A stretch of DNA of 64,000 nucleotides, taken from the NCBI GenBank assembly GCA_018394315.1, contig CP074575.1:372001-436000 (forward strand), in the 5' to 3' direction. The notes beneath the pieces were generated by a model. The model was not told the origin of the DNA. It searched no databases and saw only the letters and a program-made list of their open reading frames with translations. Each line of letters starts with the position of its first letter. Positions within the stretch are counted from its first letter, which is position 1. The translations under genes were made by a program, and so were the position numbers. The DNA comes from Mycoplasmatota bacterium. Lineage in GTDB: Bacteria; Bacillota_I; Bacilli_A; MAG-NZ. Shown here in pieces: positions 52,192-62,981 of this stretch.

Positions 52192-53667
52192 TTAATTATT
52201 AGATTCGATTGCTTCTTCGATTACTTCCTCAGGTATGATGATTTCTCCGATATTATTATGATCTGATATAACAATTCTCATAGTTAATTCAGATATTTCT
52301 ACTCCCTCAGAATCTATACTTGATACTAGTAATTCAGTCATATCATATTCAATTAAAGTTACTTCAAACGATTCAACGTCATACCCAATAATCAGTTCCA
52401 TTACTTCATTCTCAAAGAAGTTCAAATCTACTTCTGCATATTGAGTTCCATTAGTACTATCTAACAATTCATTAACTGGTACTAATAATTTGATTAGTCC
52501 TACTTCATTTCCTTCTACATCAATACTTTCTAATATTTCTAAATCATAGTTAAGTATTTCCACAAAGGTATCTAATTCTATTTTCATTTGGTTTTCTTGA
52601 TATTGAATACTATCTATATGCATTACTTCCTTCGTCCACATTCCAAAGATTGAAGTATACGTTGTTAGTTCATCTGCTTCAACTATAGTGTACATCTCCA
52701 TATCCATATCAAATAGGCCTGTATCGATTTCCATCGAACAATATGAAACATCATTAGTTACATCAGCCTCAATAATGATTCCCAATTCAACTGGAGTACC
52801 CATCTCTATCGCACTCGTTCTTATCTCCATCATCATATGCATTTCCTCTATACCTTTGTTAACCTCTTGAATACTCTCTAACAAAGATACTATTTCATAA
52901 TCAGAAAACAGATTTATTGCTTGTGTAGACTCATATTCTTCTGCAACATCATCTAAAACACTTGGCAATTCTATTTTATCAACGTTGTTGTGGTCTGTAA
53001 TAACAATAGTTGTTGCGAATTTACTGATTTCTTCATCAACTACCTTTATATCTGATACTGCTTCCCTTAAATCAAATTCAACAAGCCGAATAGAATATGA
53101 CTCTAAATCATAACCAATTATTATTTCTAACTCTTGATCAGAATTCGAATTAAGGTCCAGACCTAAGGTGCTCAAACTTTGACCAAAGGTACCTAGTGTA
53201 TCTAAAGTAGTAATTAGACTAATTCTACCAATCTTAACCCCATTAAGTTCCTCTGCTTTCAAGATTTTAAAATCATCACTCAATAGTTTTAATAGAAAAC
53301 TAGCATCCAGTTTAATACTATCTTGAGAGTCATTTTCGATACTCATCTCTCGTTTACTCCACTTATCGAACGTCTCAAAGTATACTGTGATTTTATCCCC
53401 ATCATATTTGGTATAACTTTCCATATCAACAATAGTAGTATCGTTTCTCAATTGAATAACATTATACGATATATCCATTGATATATCTGATTCAGCAGTT
53501 ACTAAAAATTTATTTTCATTTGTTGTTTCAACATCAATTTCCATTGATAAATGCATTTCTTTTAAATCCTTATTTGCCTCTTGCAGGTTTACGATTAAAT
53601 TAACCTTGTCACAACCAGAAGCTAATAAAGTAAATAATACTAGTAAAAAAATAAATGTCTTTTTCAT
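52192..53667 (-). CDS. Acidic lipoprotein with two tandem LolA/LppX-like repeats
   Basis: Lipobox ASGC; halves share EMH..MEI, DME.YT, W.K, IIGYD.ES, VI.DHNN...I..P. Confidence 0.7.
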   Translation of the reverse strand: MKKTFIFLLVLFTLLASGCDKVNLIVNLQEANKDLKEMHLSMEIDVETTNENKFLVTAESDISMDISYNVIQLRNDTTIVDMESYTKYDGDKITVYFETFDKWSKREMSIENDSQDSIKLDASFLLKLLSDDFKILKAEELNGVKIGRISLITTLDTLGTFGQSLSTLGLDLNSNSDQELEIIIGYDLESYSIRLVEFDLREAVSDIKVVDEEISKFATTIVITDHNNVDKIELPSVLDDVAEEYESTQAINLFSDYEIVSLLESIQEVNKGIEEMHMMMEIRTSAIEMGTPVELGIIIEADVTNDVSYCSMEIDTGLFDMDMEMYTIVEADELTTYTSIFGMWTKEVMHIDSIQYQENQMKIELDTFVEILNYDLEILESIDVEGNEVGLIKLLVPVNELLDSTNGTQYAEVDLNFFENEVMELIIGYDVESFEVTLIEYDMTELLVSSIDSEGVEISELTMRIVISDHNNIGEIIIPEEVIEEAIESNN

Positions 53668-53724
53668 ACATGCCCCCTGTACATTGTACTATATGCACGC
53701 TAAAAACAATTACCCGAATAAAGT

Positions 53725-54159
53725 CTACTCTCCAATCGCAAAAGTTAACTCAGCTTTACACGCAACTTTGCCATCAACCTTAGCAACAGCGTTTCCAATA
53801 CCGATTGAACCACGATTTTTAACAATCTCAACATATAGCTCTAATACGTCACCCGGGATTACTTTCTTCTTGAATTTACAATTATTAATCCCTGCAAAAT
53901 AAGCAGTCTTACCTTTGTTCTCTTCTAAAGATAAAATCGTTACTGCTCCTGTTTGTGCTAATGCTTCAACTATTAAAACTCCTGGCATAACATGTTCTTC
54001 GGGAAAGTGTCCTATAAAATGCATTTCATTTGCAGTTACACACTTTATCGCTTTTGCACTCTTACCAACTTCTAAATCTACTACTTTATCAATTAATAGA
54101 AATGGATATCTATGAGGAATTATTTTTTGAATATCATTACTACTTAAATTTACTTCCAT
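53725..54159 (-). CDS. fabZ: 3-hydroxyacyl-ACP dehydratase
   Basis: [28 protein letters not shown]. Confidence 0.97.
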   Translation of the reverse strand: MEVNLSSNDIQKIIPHRYPFLLIDKVVDLEVGKSAKAIKCVTANEMHFIGHFPEEHVMPGVLIVEALAQTGAVTILSLEENKGKTAYFAGINNCKFKKKVIPGDVLELYVEIVKNRGSIGIGNAVAKVDGKVACKAELTFAIGE

Positions 54160-54160
54160 C

Positions 54161-55399
54161 TTAAATCACCTTTTTAAACAGTAAAGTCGCGTTATGTCCA
54201 CCAAAACCAAGTGAATTACTCATTGCATATTTTACTTCTCTTTCTTTACCTTGGTTTGTTGTATAGTCTAAATCACACTCTGGATCCTTAGTCTTATAAT
54301 TAATTGTTGGAGGAATGAAACCATCTTCAACAGCTTTAATGGTAAATATCGCCTCTACAGCTCCACTTGCTCCTAAAAGATGTCCAGTCATTGACTTAGT
54401 AGAACTAATTGATACTTTATTAGCATTCTCTCCTAAAGCATTTTTAATTGCTGCAGTTTCAGTTTTATCATTTAAAGGTGTAGATGTACCATGAGCATTA
54501 ATATAATCAATCTCCTTAGAATTCACTTCTCCTTCAATCATTGCATTTTTCATGCAATTAGCAGCGCCTAATCCACCTTCAACTGGAGCGGTAATATGAT
54601 TTGCATCACAAGTCGCACCATAACCGATGATTTCAGCATGTATTTTAGCGCCGCGTTTCACAGCACTTTCATATTCTTCTAATACTAAAGCTCCACTTCC
54701 TTCACCCATTACAAAACCACTTCTATTTAAATCAAATGGAGTTGATGCACTTGATGGATCATCAGAATCACTTAAAGCTCTCATAACATAAAATCCTGAT
54801 AACCCTAAATCACAAATACTTGCTTCTGCACCACCTGCAATAGCTGCATCTAAATATCCGTCTTTAATTGCTCTAAAAGCATCTCCTATAGCATTTGTGC
54901 TCGCTGCACAAGCAGTTACTGGTGACGTACAAATTCCTTTAAGGCCGTACTTTATTGCGATTTGGCCTGCTAATAGATTAATAATTGCCATTGGAATAAA
55001 AAATGGAGATATTCTATTGTGCCCTTTTGTTAAACCTTTTTCTCTTTCCTTTTCGATAGTTTCTAAACCACCAACACCACTAGTAAAATATACTCCGAAT
55101 CTATCTCTATTTTCATCCGTAATTGGAATTTTACTATCTTCAACTGCTTCCATTGTAGCAATTAATCCTAATTGAGAGAAACGATCCATTCTCTTACTTT
55201 CTCTTTTTCCTAAAATCTCTTGAATATCAAGATCTTTTACCTCACCTGCAATTTTTACATCTAAGTGATCTGTATTAATTCTTTTAATAAAGTCAATTCC
55301 GTTTTGTCCGACTTTAGCATTTTCCCAAGATTCATTAACAGTATTTCCTAGTGGAGATACCATTCCTATCCCTGTTATAACTACTCTTCTTTTCATCAC
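54161..55399 (-). CDS. fabF: 3-oxoacyl-ACP synthase II
   Basis: TACA, NAHGTST, GHLLGA, GFGGHN. Confidence 0.97.
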   Translation of the reverse strand: MMKRRVVITGIGMVSPLGNTVNESWENAKVGQNGIDFIKRINTDHLDVKIAGEVKDLDIQEILGKRESKRMDRFSQLGLIATMEAVEDSKIPITDENRDRFGVYFTSGVGGLETIEKEREKGLTKGHNRISPFFIPMAIINLLAGQIAIKYGLKGICTSPVTACAASTNAIGDAFRAIKDGYLDAAIAGGAEASICDLGLSGFYVMRALSDSDDPSSASTPFDLNRSGFVMGEGSGALVLEEYESAVKRGAKIHAEIIGYGATCDANHITAPVEGGLGAANCMKNAMIEGEVNSKEIDYINAHGTSTPLNDKTETAAIKNALGENANKVSISSTKSMTGHLLGASGAVEAIFTIKAVEDGFIPPTINYKTKDPECDLDYTTNQGKEREVKYAMSNSLGFGGHNATLLFKKVI

Positions 55400-55406
55400 A
55401 ACCTCC

Positions 55407-56141
55407 TTAAATCATTCCACCATTTACACTGATAACTTGGCCAGTGATATATGATGCTTCTTCACTTGCGAGAAATGAAACTGCATTCGCAATATCTTCA
55501 GGTTTTCCTAATCTACCTAAAGGTATTTGACTCATATAGTGCTCTTTAACATCATCAGGTAAATCTACAGTCATTTTAGTTTCTATAAATCCTGGTGCAA
55601 CTGCGTTCACAGTTATTCCTCGAATTCCTAACTCTTTTGACATAGTTTTAGTCATCCCAATTACTCCTGCTTTAGAAGCTACATAATTGCTTTGTCCAGG
55701 ATTACCCATAATTCCAACTACACTTGAGATATTAATAATTCTCCCGCTTCTTTGTTTCATCATTGGTCTTACAACATTTTTCATCATGTTCCAAGTACCC
55801 TTTAGATTTACATTTATAACTGCATCAAAATCTTCTTCACTCATTCGCATCATTAAATTATCTTTAGTTATACCTGCATTGTTCACTAAAACATCAACTT
55901 TACCAAAAGTGTTAATCGCAACTTCAATAATTTTTCCACAATCGTCAAATTTTGAAATATCACCTTTAGCTAACTCTACGCTTCCCCCTAAAGAAACTAA
56001 CTCATTTTTTACCGTTAAAGCTTCATCGTCATTGCTTATGAAATTAACAACAATGTTCGCCCCTTGTACAGCAAATTTTTTTGCTATTTCATATCCTATA
56101 CCAGTTGTAGCACCGGTGATAATCACTGTCTTATTTTTCAT
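55407..56141 (-). CDS. fabG: 3-oxoacyl-ACP reductase
   Basis: TGATTGIG, NNAG, YVASK. Confidence 0.96.
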   Translation of the reverse strand: MKNKTVIITGATTGIGYEIAKKFAVQGANIVVNFISNDDEALTVKNELVSLGGSVELAKGDISKFDDCGKIIEVAINTFGKVDVLVNNAGITKDNLMMRMSEEDFDAVINVNLKGTWNMMKNVVRPMMKQRSGRIINISSVVGIMGNPGQSNYVASKAGVIGMTKTMSKELGIRGITVNAVAPGFIETKMTVDLPDDVKEHYMSQIPLGRLGKPEDIANAVSFLASEEASYITGQVISVNGGMI

Positions 56142-57049
56142 ATTACCTCCAACAATTTCTCTAAATCAGCTAGTTTATCTACATTCAAGATATTTAATTT
56201 ACGGTCAATCTTTTTAACAAATCCACTCAACACTTTACCTGGACCTATCTCAATAAATGTATCAACACCTAACTCAATCATTTTCTTTATAGAATCTTCA
56301 AACATAACCGAAGAACTAATTTGTTTAGTCATTAACTCTTTTAATGAACCGTTATATAAATCTCCAGTTACATTCATGTAAATTCTTTCACTTGGTTCCT
56401 TTAACTCAACTTTTGAAAGGAATTCTCCAAATAGCTTACTGGCTTCAGAAAGGATACTTGTATGAAAAGGACCACTTACTTTTAAAGGAATTACTCTTCT
56501 TGCACCCTCTTTAGTAGCTAGTTCTCCTACTTTTTTAACAGAATCCACTTCGCCACCAATTACTAATTGTCCAGGACAATTATAGTTAGCGATTTCAACA
56601 ATACCTTCTACTTGATTACAAAGATTCTCCAACTTATCTCTATCAAATCCAATTATAGCCATCATAGTACCAGATACTTTTTCACAAATACCTTGCATTA
56701 TTTTACTTCTACTTTGAACAATCTTCAATCCAGTTTCAAAATCAAATACACCTGCATAATAGAGAGCTGCATATTCACCTAAAGATAATCCAGCTACAAA
56801 ATCAGCAGATAGTCCTTTTTCTTTTAATACTTCTATTATCGCAACTGAAAGAGTAAAAATAGCTGGTTGTGTATACTCGGTTTGATTTAATACACCGGTT
56901 GAATCAGTAAAACATATTTCTTTTATATCATATCCTAAGACTTTTTCTGCAACTTTAAATATTTCCTTAACAACATCAAACTCGTAAAGCTCTGAACCCA
57001 TACCAACATATTGGGCACCTTGTCCAGCAAATATAAATGCTTTACTCAT
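56138..57049 (-). CDS. fabD: Malonyl-CoA:ACP transacylase
   Basis: GQGAQ, GLSLGE, SGPFH. Confidence 0.96.
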   Translation of the reverse strand: MSKAFIFAGQGAQYVGMGSELYEFDVVKEIFKVAEKVLGYDIKEICFTDSTGVLNQTEYTQPAIFTLSVAIIEVLKEKGLSADFVAGLSLGEYAALYYAGVFDFETGLKIVQSRSKIMQGICEKVSGTMMAIIGFDRDKLENLCNQVEGIVEIANYNCPGQLVIGGEVDSVKKVGELATKEGARRVIPLKVSGPFHTSILSEASKLFGEFLSKVELKEPSERIYMNVTGDLYNGSLKELMTKQISSSVMFEDSIKKMIELGVDTFIEIGPGKVLSGFVKKIDRKLNILNVDKLADLEKLLEVI

Positions 57050-57974
57050 AGGTATTCTCCTTAAGTACTTCTAAACTTTTATTTACTAACTCATCTAATA
57101 TTACTTTAGTAGGTCTGATTTCTTTAATTAATCCAGAAACTTGCCCTGCCATCAAACTACCATTCTCAACATCCCCATTAATAACAGCTTTTCTTAAAGA
57201 ACCTAGTGTTAACTTTTCTAATTCGGCTAATTCTATTCCTTCTTTAGCCATTTTTAAATATTCTCTAGCCATATTATTCTTAAGTACTCTTATAGGAGCC
57301 CCTGTATTTCTCCCAGTAACAATAGTTGAAGTATCTCTTGCCTTAAGGACTGCATTCTTATAGTTTTCATGAATTGGACACTCTTCTGCGGCAAGTAAGA
57401 CAGTTCCTATTTGAACACCTTCTGCACCTAAACAGAAAGCTGCAGCCATTTGTCTACCATCAGCAATTCCTCCAGCTGCTATTAACGGTACATCAACAGC
57501 ATCCATAACTTGTGGAACTAAAGCCATCGTTGTAAGTTCTCCAATATGTCCTCCCGCTTCAGTACCCTCTACGATTAGGGCATCCGCACCCATTCTTTCT
57601 AATCTCTTAGCTAAAGCAACTGTCGGAACTACTGGAATCACTGTGATTCCAGCTTCTTTCCACATATCCATATAAACTCCCGGACTTCCGCCACCAGTGG
57701 TAACGATTTTCACATCTTCCTCTACGACTACCTTAGCTATATCTTCTGCATGAGGACTCATCATCATAATATTTACACCAAAAGGCTTATTAGTTAATTC
57801 TTTACATTTTCTAATTTCAAATCTTACTTTGTCGGCATCCCAACCTCCTGCACCAATCAAACCCAAACCACCCGCATTAGAAACAGCGCTAGCAAGTAAA
57901 TGATCAGCAATGTTGGCCATACCCCCTTGAATTATTGGATATTTCGTTTTCAGCATCTTTACTATTGATTTCAT
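57042..57974 (-). CDS. fabK: Enoyl-ACP reductase II
   Basis: PIIQGGMA, EAGGHIG, AAGGIADG, MAGQ. Confidence 0.92.
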   Translation of the reverse strand: MKSIVKMLKTKYPIIQGGMANIADHLLASAVSNAGGLGLIGAGGWDADKVRFEIRKCKELTNKPFGVNIMMMSPHAEDIAKVVVEEDVKIVTTGGGSPGVYMDMWKEAGITVIPVVPTVALAKRLERMGADALIVEGTEAGGHIGELTTMALVPQVMDAVDVPLIAAGGIADGRQMAAAFCLGAEGVQIGTVLLAAEECPIHENYKNAVLKARDTSTIVTGRNTGAPIRVLKNNMAREYLKMAKEGIELAELEKLTLGSLRKAVINGDVENGSLMAGQVSGLIKEIRPTKVILDELVNKSLEVLKENTYE

Positions 57975-57988
57975 ACTAACCCCCTAGT

Positions 57989-58954
57989 TTAATATTCTAT
58001 TAATATCGCTCCCCAAGTAAATCCCGCACCAAAAGCAACTGAGATAATCTTGTCTCCACGTTTTACTCTTCCACTTCTTACAGCTTCATCAAGTGCAATA
58101 GCTACACTTGCAGCTGAAGTGTTCCCGTACTTTTCAATATTTACGAATAGTTTTTCCATTGGGATATTTAAATCTTTAGTAGCCTTTTCAATAATCCTTA
58201 AGTTTGCTTGATGGAAAACAAATAATGATATATCATCTACTGTTAAATTATTCTCTTCCAATATAATATTAACACTACTAGGCACGGCTCTAGTAGCAAA
58301 TTTAAAGACCTCTCTACCATTCATTTCAATATTACCAACAGTATTACCTACGTTGTTTTCAGGCGACTTTAAAGGAGTACCGCTACCGTGTAGATATCTA
58401 TTAACATCTCCCCTAGAATAACAGTTATTATCAATTATATCTCCTAAGCCTTCTCCTAAGATTACTGCTCCTGCACCATCACCAAATAAAACACAAGTAT
58501 TTCTGTCTTCCCAATCAACATATTTACTAATGACTTCAGCACCTATGACTAATGCCTTATTCATTTTACTATTTCTTAATGCTTTTTCAGCTACATTCAG
58601 TGCATAGACAAAACCACTACAAGCAGCATTTATATCAAATGCCATTACTTCTCTTAAGCCTAACCTTGACTGCAAGACATTAGCTACCGCTGGAAATGCA
58701 TTATCACCAGAAAAAGTAGCAACGATAACCATATCTATCTCATCTTTGTTGATTTTTGCAGCTTCAATAGCTCTTAATGCCGCATGATATGCTAAATCAC
58801 TTGTATTTTCATTTTCAACAATATGTCTTTCTTTAATCCCAGTTCTAGTAGTTATCCACTCATCATTAGTTTCAATAAAATTCTGTAAATCATTATTGGT
58901 TAATACTCTTTTAGGGATGTAACTCCCTGTTCCTAATATACTTACTTTTTTCAT
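57989..58954 (-). CDS. fabH: 3-oxoacyl-ACP synthase III
   Basis: AACSGF, HQANLR, GNTSAAS. Confidence 0.97.
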   Translation of the reverse strand: MKKVSILGTGSYIPKRVLTNNDLQNFIETNDEWITTRTGIKERHIVENENTSDLAYHAALRAIEAAKINKDEIDMVIVATFSGDNAFPAVANVLQSRLGLREVMAFDINAACSGFVYALNVAEKALRNSKMNKALVIGAEVISKYVDWEDRNTCVLFGDGAGAVILGEGLGDIIDNNCYSRGDVNRYLHGSGTPLKSPENNVGNTVGNIEMNGREVFKFATRAVPSSVNIILEENNLTVDDISLFVFHQANLRIIEKATKDLNIPMEKLFVNIEKYGNTSAASVAIALDEAVRSGRVKRGDKIISVAFGAGFTWGAILIEY

Positions 58955-58962
58955 TCTCTCAC

Positions 58963-59901
58963 CTACTCATGCAAATTAAATCGTTGGAAAAATCCGAGAT
59001 TTCTAAATTTACTATATCTTTCTTCTCGTAATCTAATTCTAGATTTATTTTTTAATTCGTTTAATGTAGCAATAATACTTTGTTTAACTCTTCTAGCAGT
59101 CTCTTCAAACCCATTATGAACACCGCCAATTGGTTCCTTAATAATCTTATCAACTATACCCCATTCTTTTAAATCATATGAAGTCAATTTAAGTGCTTCG
59201 GCTGCTTCACTTGCTCTTTTTGAATCTTTCCAAAGGATAGATGCAAATCCTTCTGGTGAAATTACTGAATAAATAGAGTTTTCTAACATAATGATTTTAT
59301 TAGCAACCGACAAAGCTAATGCTCCACCAGAACCACCTTCACCAATTACAACACAAATTACAGGTACAGTTAAACTCGACATATACATAATACTCTTAGC
59401 AATAGCTTCACCCTGACCGCGTTCCTCTGCAGCCATCCCGGGATATGCTCCAGGAGTATCAACAAAAGTAATAATAGGTCTATTAAACTTTTCTGCTTGT
59501 TGCATCAGTCTTATTGATTTACGATACCCTTCTGGATGGGGCATTGCGAAATTACGTTTAATGTTATCTTCAGTAGACTTACCCTTTTGCTGGGCAATTA
59601 CTGTAACCGGTAATCCGTTTAGAGTTCCTATACCTCCAATGATTGACTCGTCATCTGAATATAATCTATCTCCATGTAACTCCATAAAATCATCAAAAAG
59701 CGCCTCTATATAATTAGATGAAACTTGTCTAGCACTATGTCTAGCTATTTGAACTCTATCCCAAGGAGTTAGTTTATGCATAATATCATTTTTATATTTT
59801 TTAATATCTTCTTTTAATCTGTCTCTTAAGCTTTCATCATTTATCTCAGAAATCTTTATTTCTAACTCGTTTATCTTTTTCTCTTTAGCCAAAACGTCCA
59901 T
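58963..59901 (-). CDS. accA: Acetyl-CoA carboxylase carboxyltransferase alpha
   Basis: PEGYRK, DTPGAYPG, GEGGSGGAL. Confidence 0.97.
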   Translation of the reverse strand: MDVLAKEKKINELEIKISEINDESLRDRLKEDIKKYKNDIMHKLTPWDRVQIARHSARQVSSNYIEALFDDFMELHGDRLYSDDESIIGGIGTLNGLPVTVIAQQKGKSTEDNIKRNFAMPHPEGYRKSIRLMQQAEKFNRPIITFVDTPGAYPGMAAEERGQGEAIAKSIMYMSSLTVPVICVVIGEGGSGGALALSVANKIIMLENSIYSVISPEGFASILWKDSKRASEAAEALKLTSYDLKEWGIVDKIIKEPIGGVHNGFEETARRVKQSIIATLNELKNKSRIRLREERYSKFRNLGFFQRFNLHE

Positions 59902-60774
59902 TTAAACACCCCTCTTGTGAAAACTCAATATTTTAGCTAAAGTTGCCTTCATATCTTTTCTATGTACTACCTTGTCAACAAAGCCTCTTTCCTTCAAAAA
60001 CTCTGATTTTTGAAATTCTTCAGGTAACTTTTGCTTAATAATCTGTTCAATAACTCTTGGACCAGCAAACCCAATCAAAGCATTCGGTTCTGCTAGATGA
60101 ATATCACCAAGCATCGCAAACGATGCTGTAACACCACCTGTTGTTGGATGAGTCAGTACAGTGACATATAAAAGTCCCATTTCATGGAATTTCGAAACAA
60201 CTTGAGAAGTCTTTACCATCTGCATAAGTGATAAAATTCCTTCTTGCATTCTCGCTCCCCCTGAAGCAGTAAATAAAATTAGAGGAAGTTTTTTATACAT
60301 TGCATATTCAAATGATTTAGTTACTTTCTCACCTACAACACTACCCATAGAACCCATTAAAAAATAACTATCCATTACTCCAACAACACATGGATTATTA
60401 TCAATTGTGGCATGACCATAGATATAAGCATCATCAAGTCCAGTCTTTTGATTTAGTGTATCAATCTTATCATCATAATTATCTATATCAAGTGGATTTA
60501 GTGTAATAAAACCAAACCCTTTCTCGTAAAACGAACCTTCATCAACAGTTAACTTAATCCTATCAACTGCTCTCATTCTAAAATGATCTCCACATTTACT
60601 ACACGTGAATGAATTCTCCACAATATCTTCTTTTAATAACATTTCACCGCACTTATTACATTTATCGTACAATCCATCAGGTATCTCAACTTTACTCTTA
60701 GAAAACCTCTTTAGAGACTCTTTATATCTTTTTCTTAATAATCTTTTTTCTTCTAGACGATTAATTACACTCAT
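59902..60774 (-). CDS. accD: Acetyl-CoA carboxylase carboxyltransferase beta
   Basis: Cys4 Zn finger, GSMGSVVGEK, SGGARMQEG, GFAGPRV. Confidence 0.97.
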   Translation of the reverse strand: MSVINRLEEKRLLRKRYKESLKRFSKSKVEIPDGLYDKCNKCGEMLLKEDIVENSFTCSKCGDHFRMRAVDRIKLTVDEGSFYEKGFGFITLNPLDIDNYDDKIDTLNQKTGLDDAYIYGHATIDNNPCVVGVMDSYFLMGSMGSVVGEKVTKSFEYAMYKKLPLILFTASGGARMQEGILSLMQMVKTSQVVSKFHEMGLLYVTVLTHPTTGGVTASFAMLGDIHLAEPNALIGFAGPRVIEQIIKQKLPEEFQKSEFLKERGFVDKVVHRKDMKATLAKILSFHKRGV

Positions 60775-62132
60775 TATAAATTGGTCTCCAATAACTTACT
60801 AAGATTCTTCTCCACGAATCCAGTATTAAACTTACCTTCAACAAATTCTCTTGAATGTAGTATTGCATAATTAAAAGATAAATTAGTCTCAATTCCTTCA
60901 ATAATAATTTCCTCTATTGCGCTTCTCATCTTCATAATCGCAGATCTTCTATTTTCGGCATGTACGATAAGTTTTCCTGCCATAGAATCATAATATGGTG
61001 GAATACTATATCCTTGGTATAAGGCGCTATCAAATCTAATCCCAAAACCACCAGGAATGTGGATCAAATCAACTGTCCCCGGACTAGGTCTGAAGTTTAG
61101 TCTAGGATTTTCTGCATTAATCCTACACTCAATAGAATGACCAGTAAACGTAACATCTTCTTGGTTAAATGATAATTTCTTACCAGCAGCAATTTTTATC
61201 TGTTCCTTAACAATATCAATACCTGTAATCATTTCTGTCACAGGATGCTCAACTTGAATGCGCGTGTTCATCTCTATAAAATAGAAATCTTCACCACTTA
61301 GTAAAAATTCAATAGTTCCAGCATTTTCATAATTTGAAAACTTAGCAGCTTTAATTGCCGCTTCACCCATTCTTTGTCTTAAAGCATCACTTATTAAACC
61401 ACATGGTGCTTCTTCAATCACTTTCTGATTACGTCTTTGAATCGAACAGTCTCTTTCTCCTAAGTGAACAACATTACCATATTTGTCAGCTAATATTTGA
61501 AATTCAATATGTTTAGGACTTAAAACGAACTTTTCGATGTACATCGTATCATCACCAAAAGCATTCTTAGCCTCTAATTGAGCGGTTTCGAATGCACTCT
61601 TAAACTCATTTTCATTTTCAGCTACACGCATTCCGCGGCCTCCGCCACCTGCGCTTGCTTTTATCAACACTGGATAACCAATCTCTTTAGCAATGATTAT
61701 CCCTGCATAAACACTTTCCACTGCACCATCACTTCCAGGTACGACAGGAACACCAGCACTAATCATTATCTCTCTTGCCATTGATTTATTACCCATTTTA
61801 CTTATTACTTCTGCACTTGGACCAATAAACACAATACCACACTCGCTACAAAGATTAGCAAACTTAGTGTTTTCACTTAAAAAACCAAACCCTGGATGAA
61901 TTGCGTCTACACCACAATTAACCGCAGCACTTATAATGTTTTCCATATTAAGATAACTATCTATAGAACTTGGTCCCCCTATACAAACAGCTTCATCAGC
62001 TAATTGAACGTGTAATGCATCTTTATCAGCAGTTGAGTAAACAGCTACAGTTTCGATTCCTTCTTGCATACAAGCTCTAATTATCCTAACTGCAATTTCC
62101 CCTCTATTAGCAATTAATATTTTATGAAACAT
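60774..62132 (-). CDS. accC: Biotin carboxylase
   Basis: ANRGEIA, GGGGRGM, EMNTRIQVEH. Confidence 0.98.
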   Translation of the reverse strand: MFHKILIANRGEIAVRIIRACMQEGIETVAVYSTADKDALHVQLADEAVCIGGPSSIDSYLNMENIISAAVNCGVDAIHPGFGFLSENTKFANLCSECGIVFIGPSAEVISKMGNKSMAREIMISAGVPVVPGSDGAVESVYAGIIIAKEIGYPVLIKASAGGGGRGMRVAENENEFKSAFETAQLEAKNAFGDDTMYIEKFVLSPKHIEFQILADKYGNVVHLGERDCSIQRRNQKVIEEAPCGLISDALRQRMGEAAIKAAKFSNYENAGTIEFLLSGEDFYFIEMNTRIQVEHPVTEMITGIDIVKEQIKIAAGKKLSFNQEDVTFTGHSIECRINAENPRLNFRPSPGTVDLIHIPGGFGIRFDSALYQGYSIPPYYDSMAGKLIVHAENRRSAIMKMRSAIEEIIIEGIETNLSFNYAILHSREFVEGKFNTGFVEKNLSKLLETNL

Positions 62133-62147
62133 ATTAAAACCTTCTCT

Positions 62148-62582
62148 CTACTCGATAGTCATTATAACTTGGTCAAATTCAACCATTGCTGAATTTTTCA
62201 CCAATATTTCTTTAATAGTTCCATTAGAAGGCGCTGAAATCTCATTCATTACTTTCATAGCTTCAATAATACAAAGAGTCTGCCCCTTTTGAACTTTTGA
62301 TCCTACACTAACAAACGGTTTAGCATCTGGTGATGGAGATCCATAAAATGTACCAACTAAAGGTGCCAGCACTTTTACACTATTATCTGTCACTACTGGT
62401 TTAGTTTCTTCATTATTTGATACAGTAGTTACCACTGTTGGTACTTCCATTTCTTTTGCAGTTACATACTGTTTATCTTCTTTTTCTAATTTGATTTTAA
62501 ATCCATCTTGCTCTAATTCTATCTTGTGAATATTTGATTTTTCAAAATTCTTCATTATTTCTTTTATTAATTTAATTTCCAT
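62148..62582 (-). CDS. accB: Biotin carboxyl carrier protein
   Basis: EAMKVMN biotinylation motif. Confidence 0.97.
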   Translation of the reverse strand: MEIKLIKEIMKNFEKSNIHKIELEQDGFKIKLEKEDKQYVTAKEMEVPTVVTTVSNNEETKPVVTDNSVKVLAPLVGTFYGSPSPDAKPFVSVGSKVQKGQTLCIIEAMKVMNEISAPSNGTIKEILVKNSAMVEFDQVIMTIE

Positions 62583-62644
62583 AATTTCCTCCTAGAAAAT
62601 TTAAAACTATTTATTATTTAAAAAAACCCTATCTCTAGGGGCTT

Positions 62645-62863
62645 TTACTTATTTAAATAATCTACAATATTTTGTACAGTCTTCATAGCTTGTGCATCAG
62701 AATCATTAATAGAAATATCAAACTCATCTTCAATCGCCATTATTAATTCAACAGCATCTAATGAGTCCGCACCTAAATCATCAGTTAATGATGCATCTAG
62801 AGTGACTTCCTCTTCTTTTACACCTAAATTCTCTACAATAATATCTTTAATTTTTTCAAACAT
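62645..62863 (-). CDS. acpP: Acyl carrier protein (start moved to ATG 62863)
   Basis: DLGADSLD motif; AGGAG before MFEKIK. Confidence 0.96.
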   Translation of the reverse strand: MFEKIKDIIVENLGVKEEEVTLDASLTDDLGADSLDAVELIMAIEDEFDISINDSDAQAMKTVQNIVDYLNK

Positions 62864-62981
62864 TTTCTTAAGTCTCCTCTCATAAAACAAGTACATTATA
62901 CTTCTAAATCTTGATTTAGTCAAGGTACTTTGAATTTCAAACTATAGCTATAATTGTCGAAAATTGTCTTAATAACTTAAC

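Noticed and set aside
55687..56217. 176-aa plus-strand ORF
   Set aside because: Antisense shadow of fabG; the other plus-strand ORFs across 24.7-63.4 kb that overlap core genes are rejected for the same reason.
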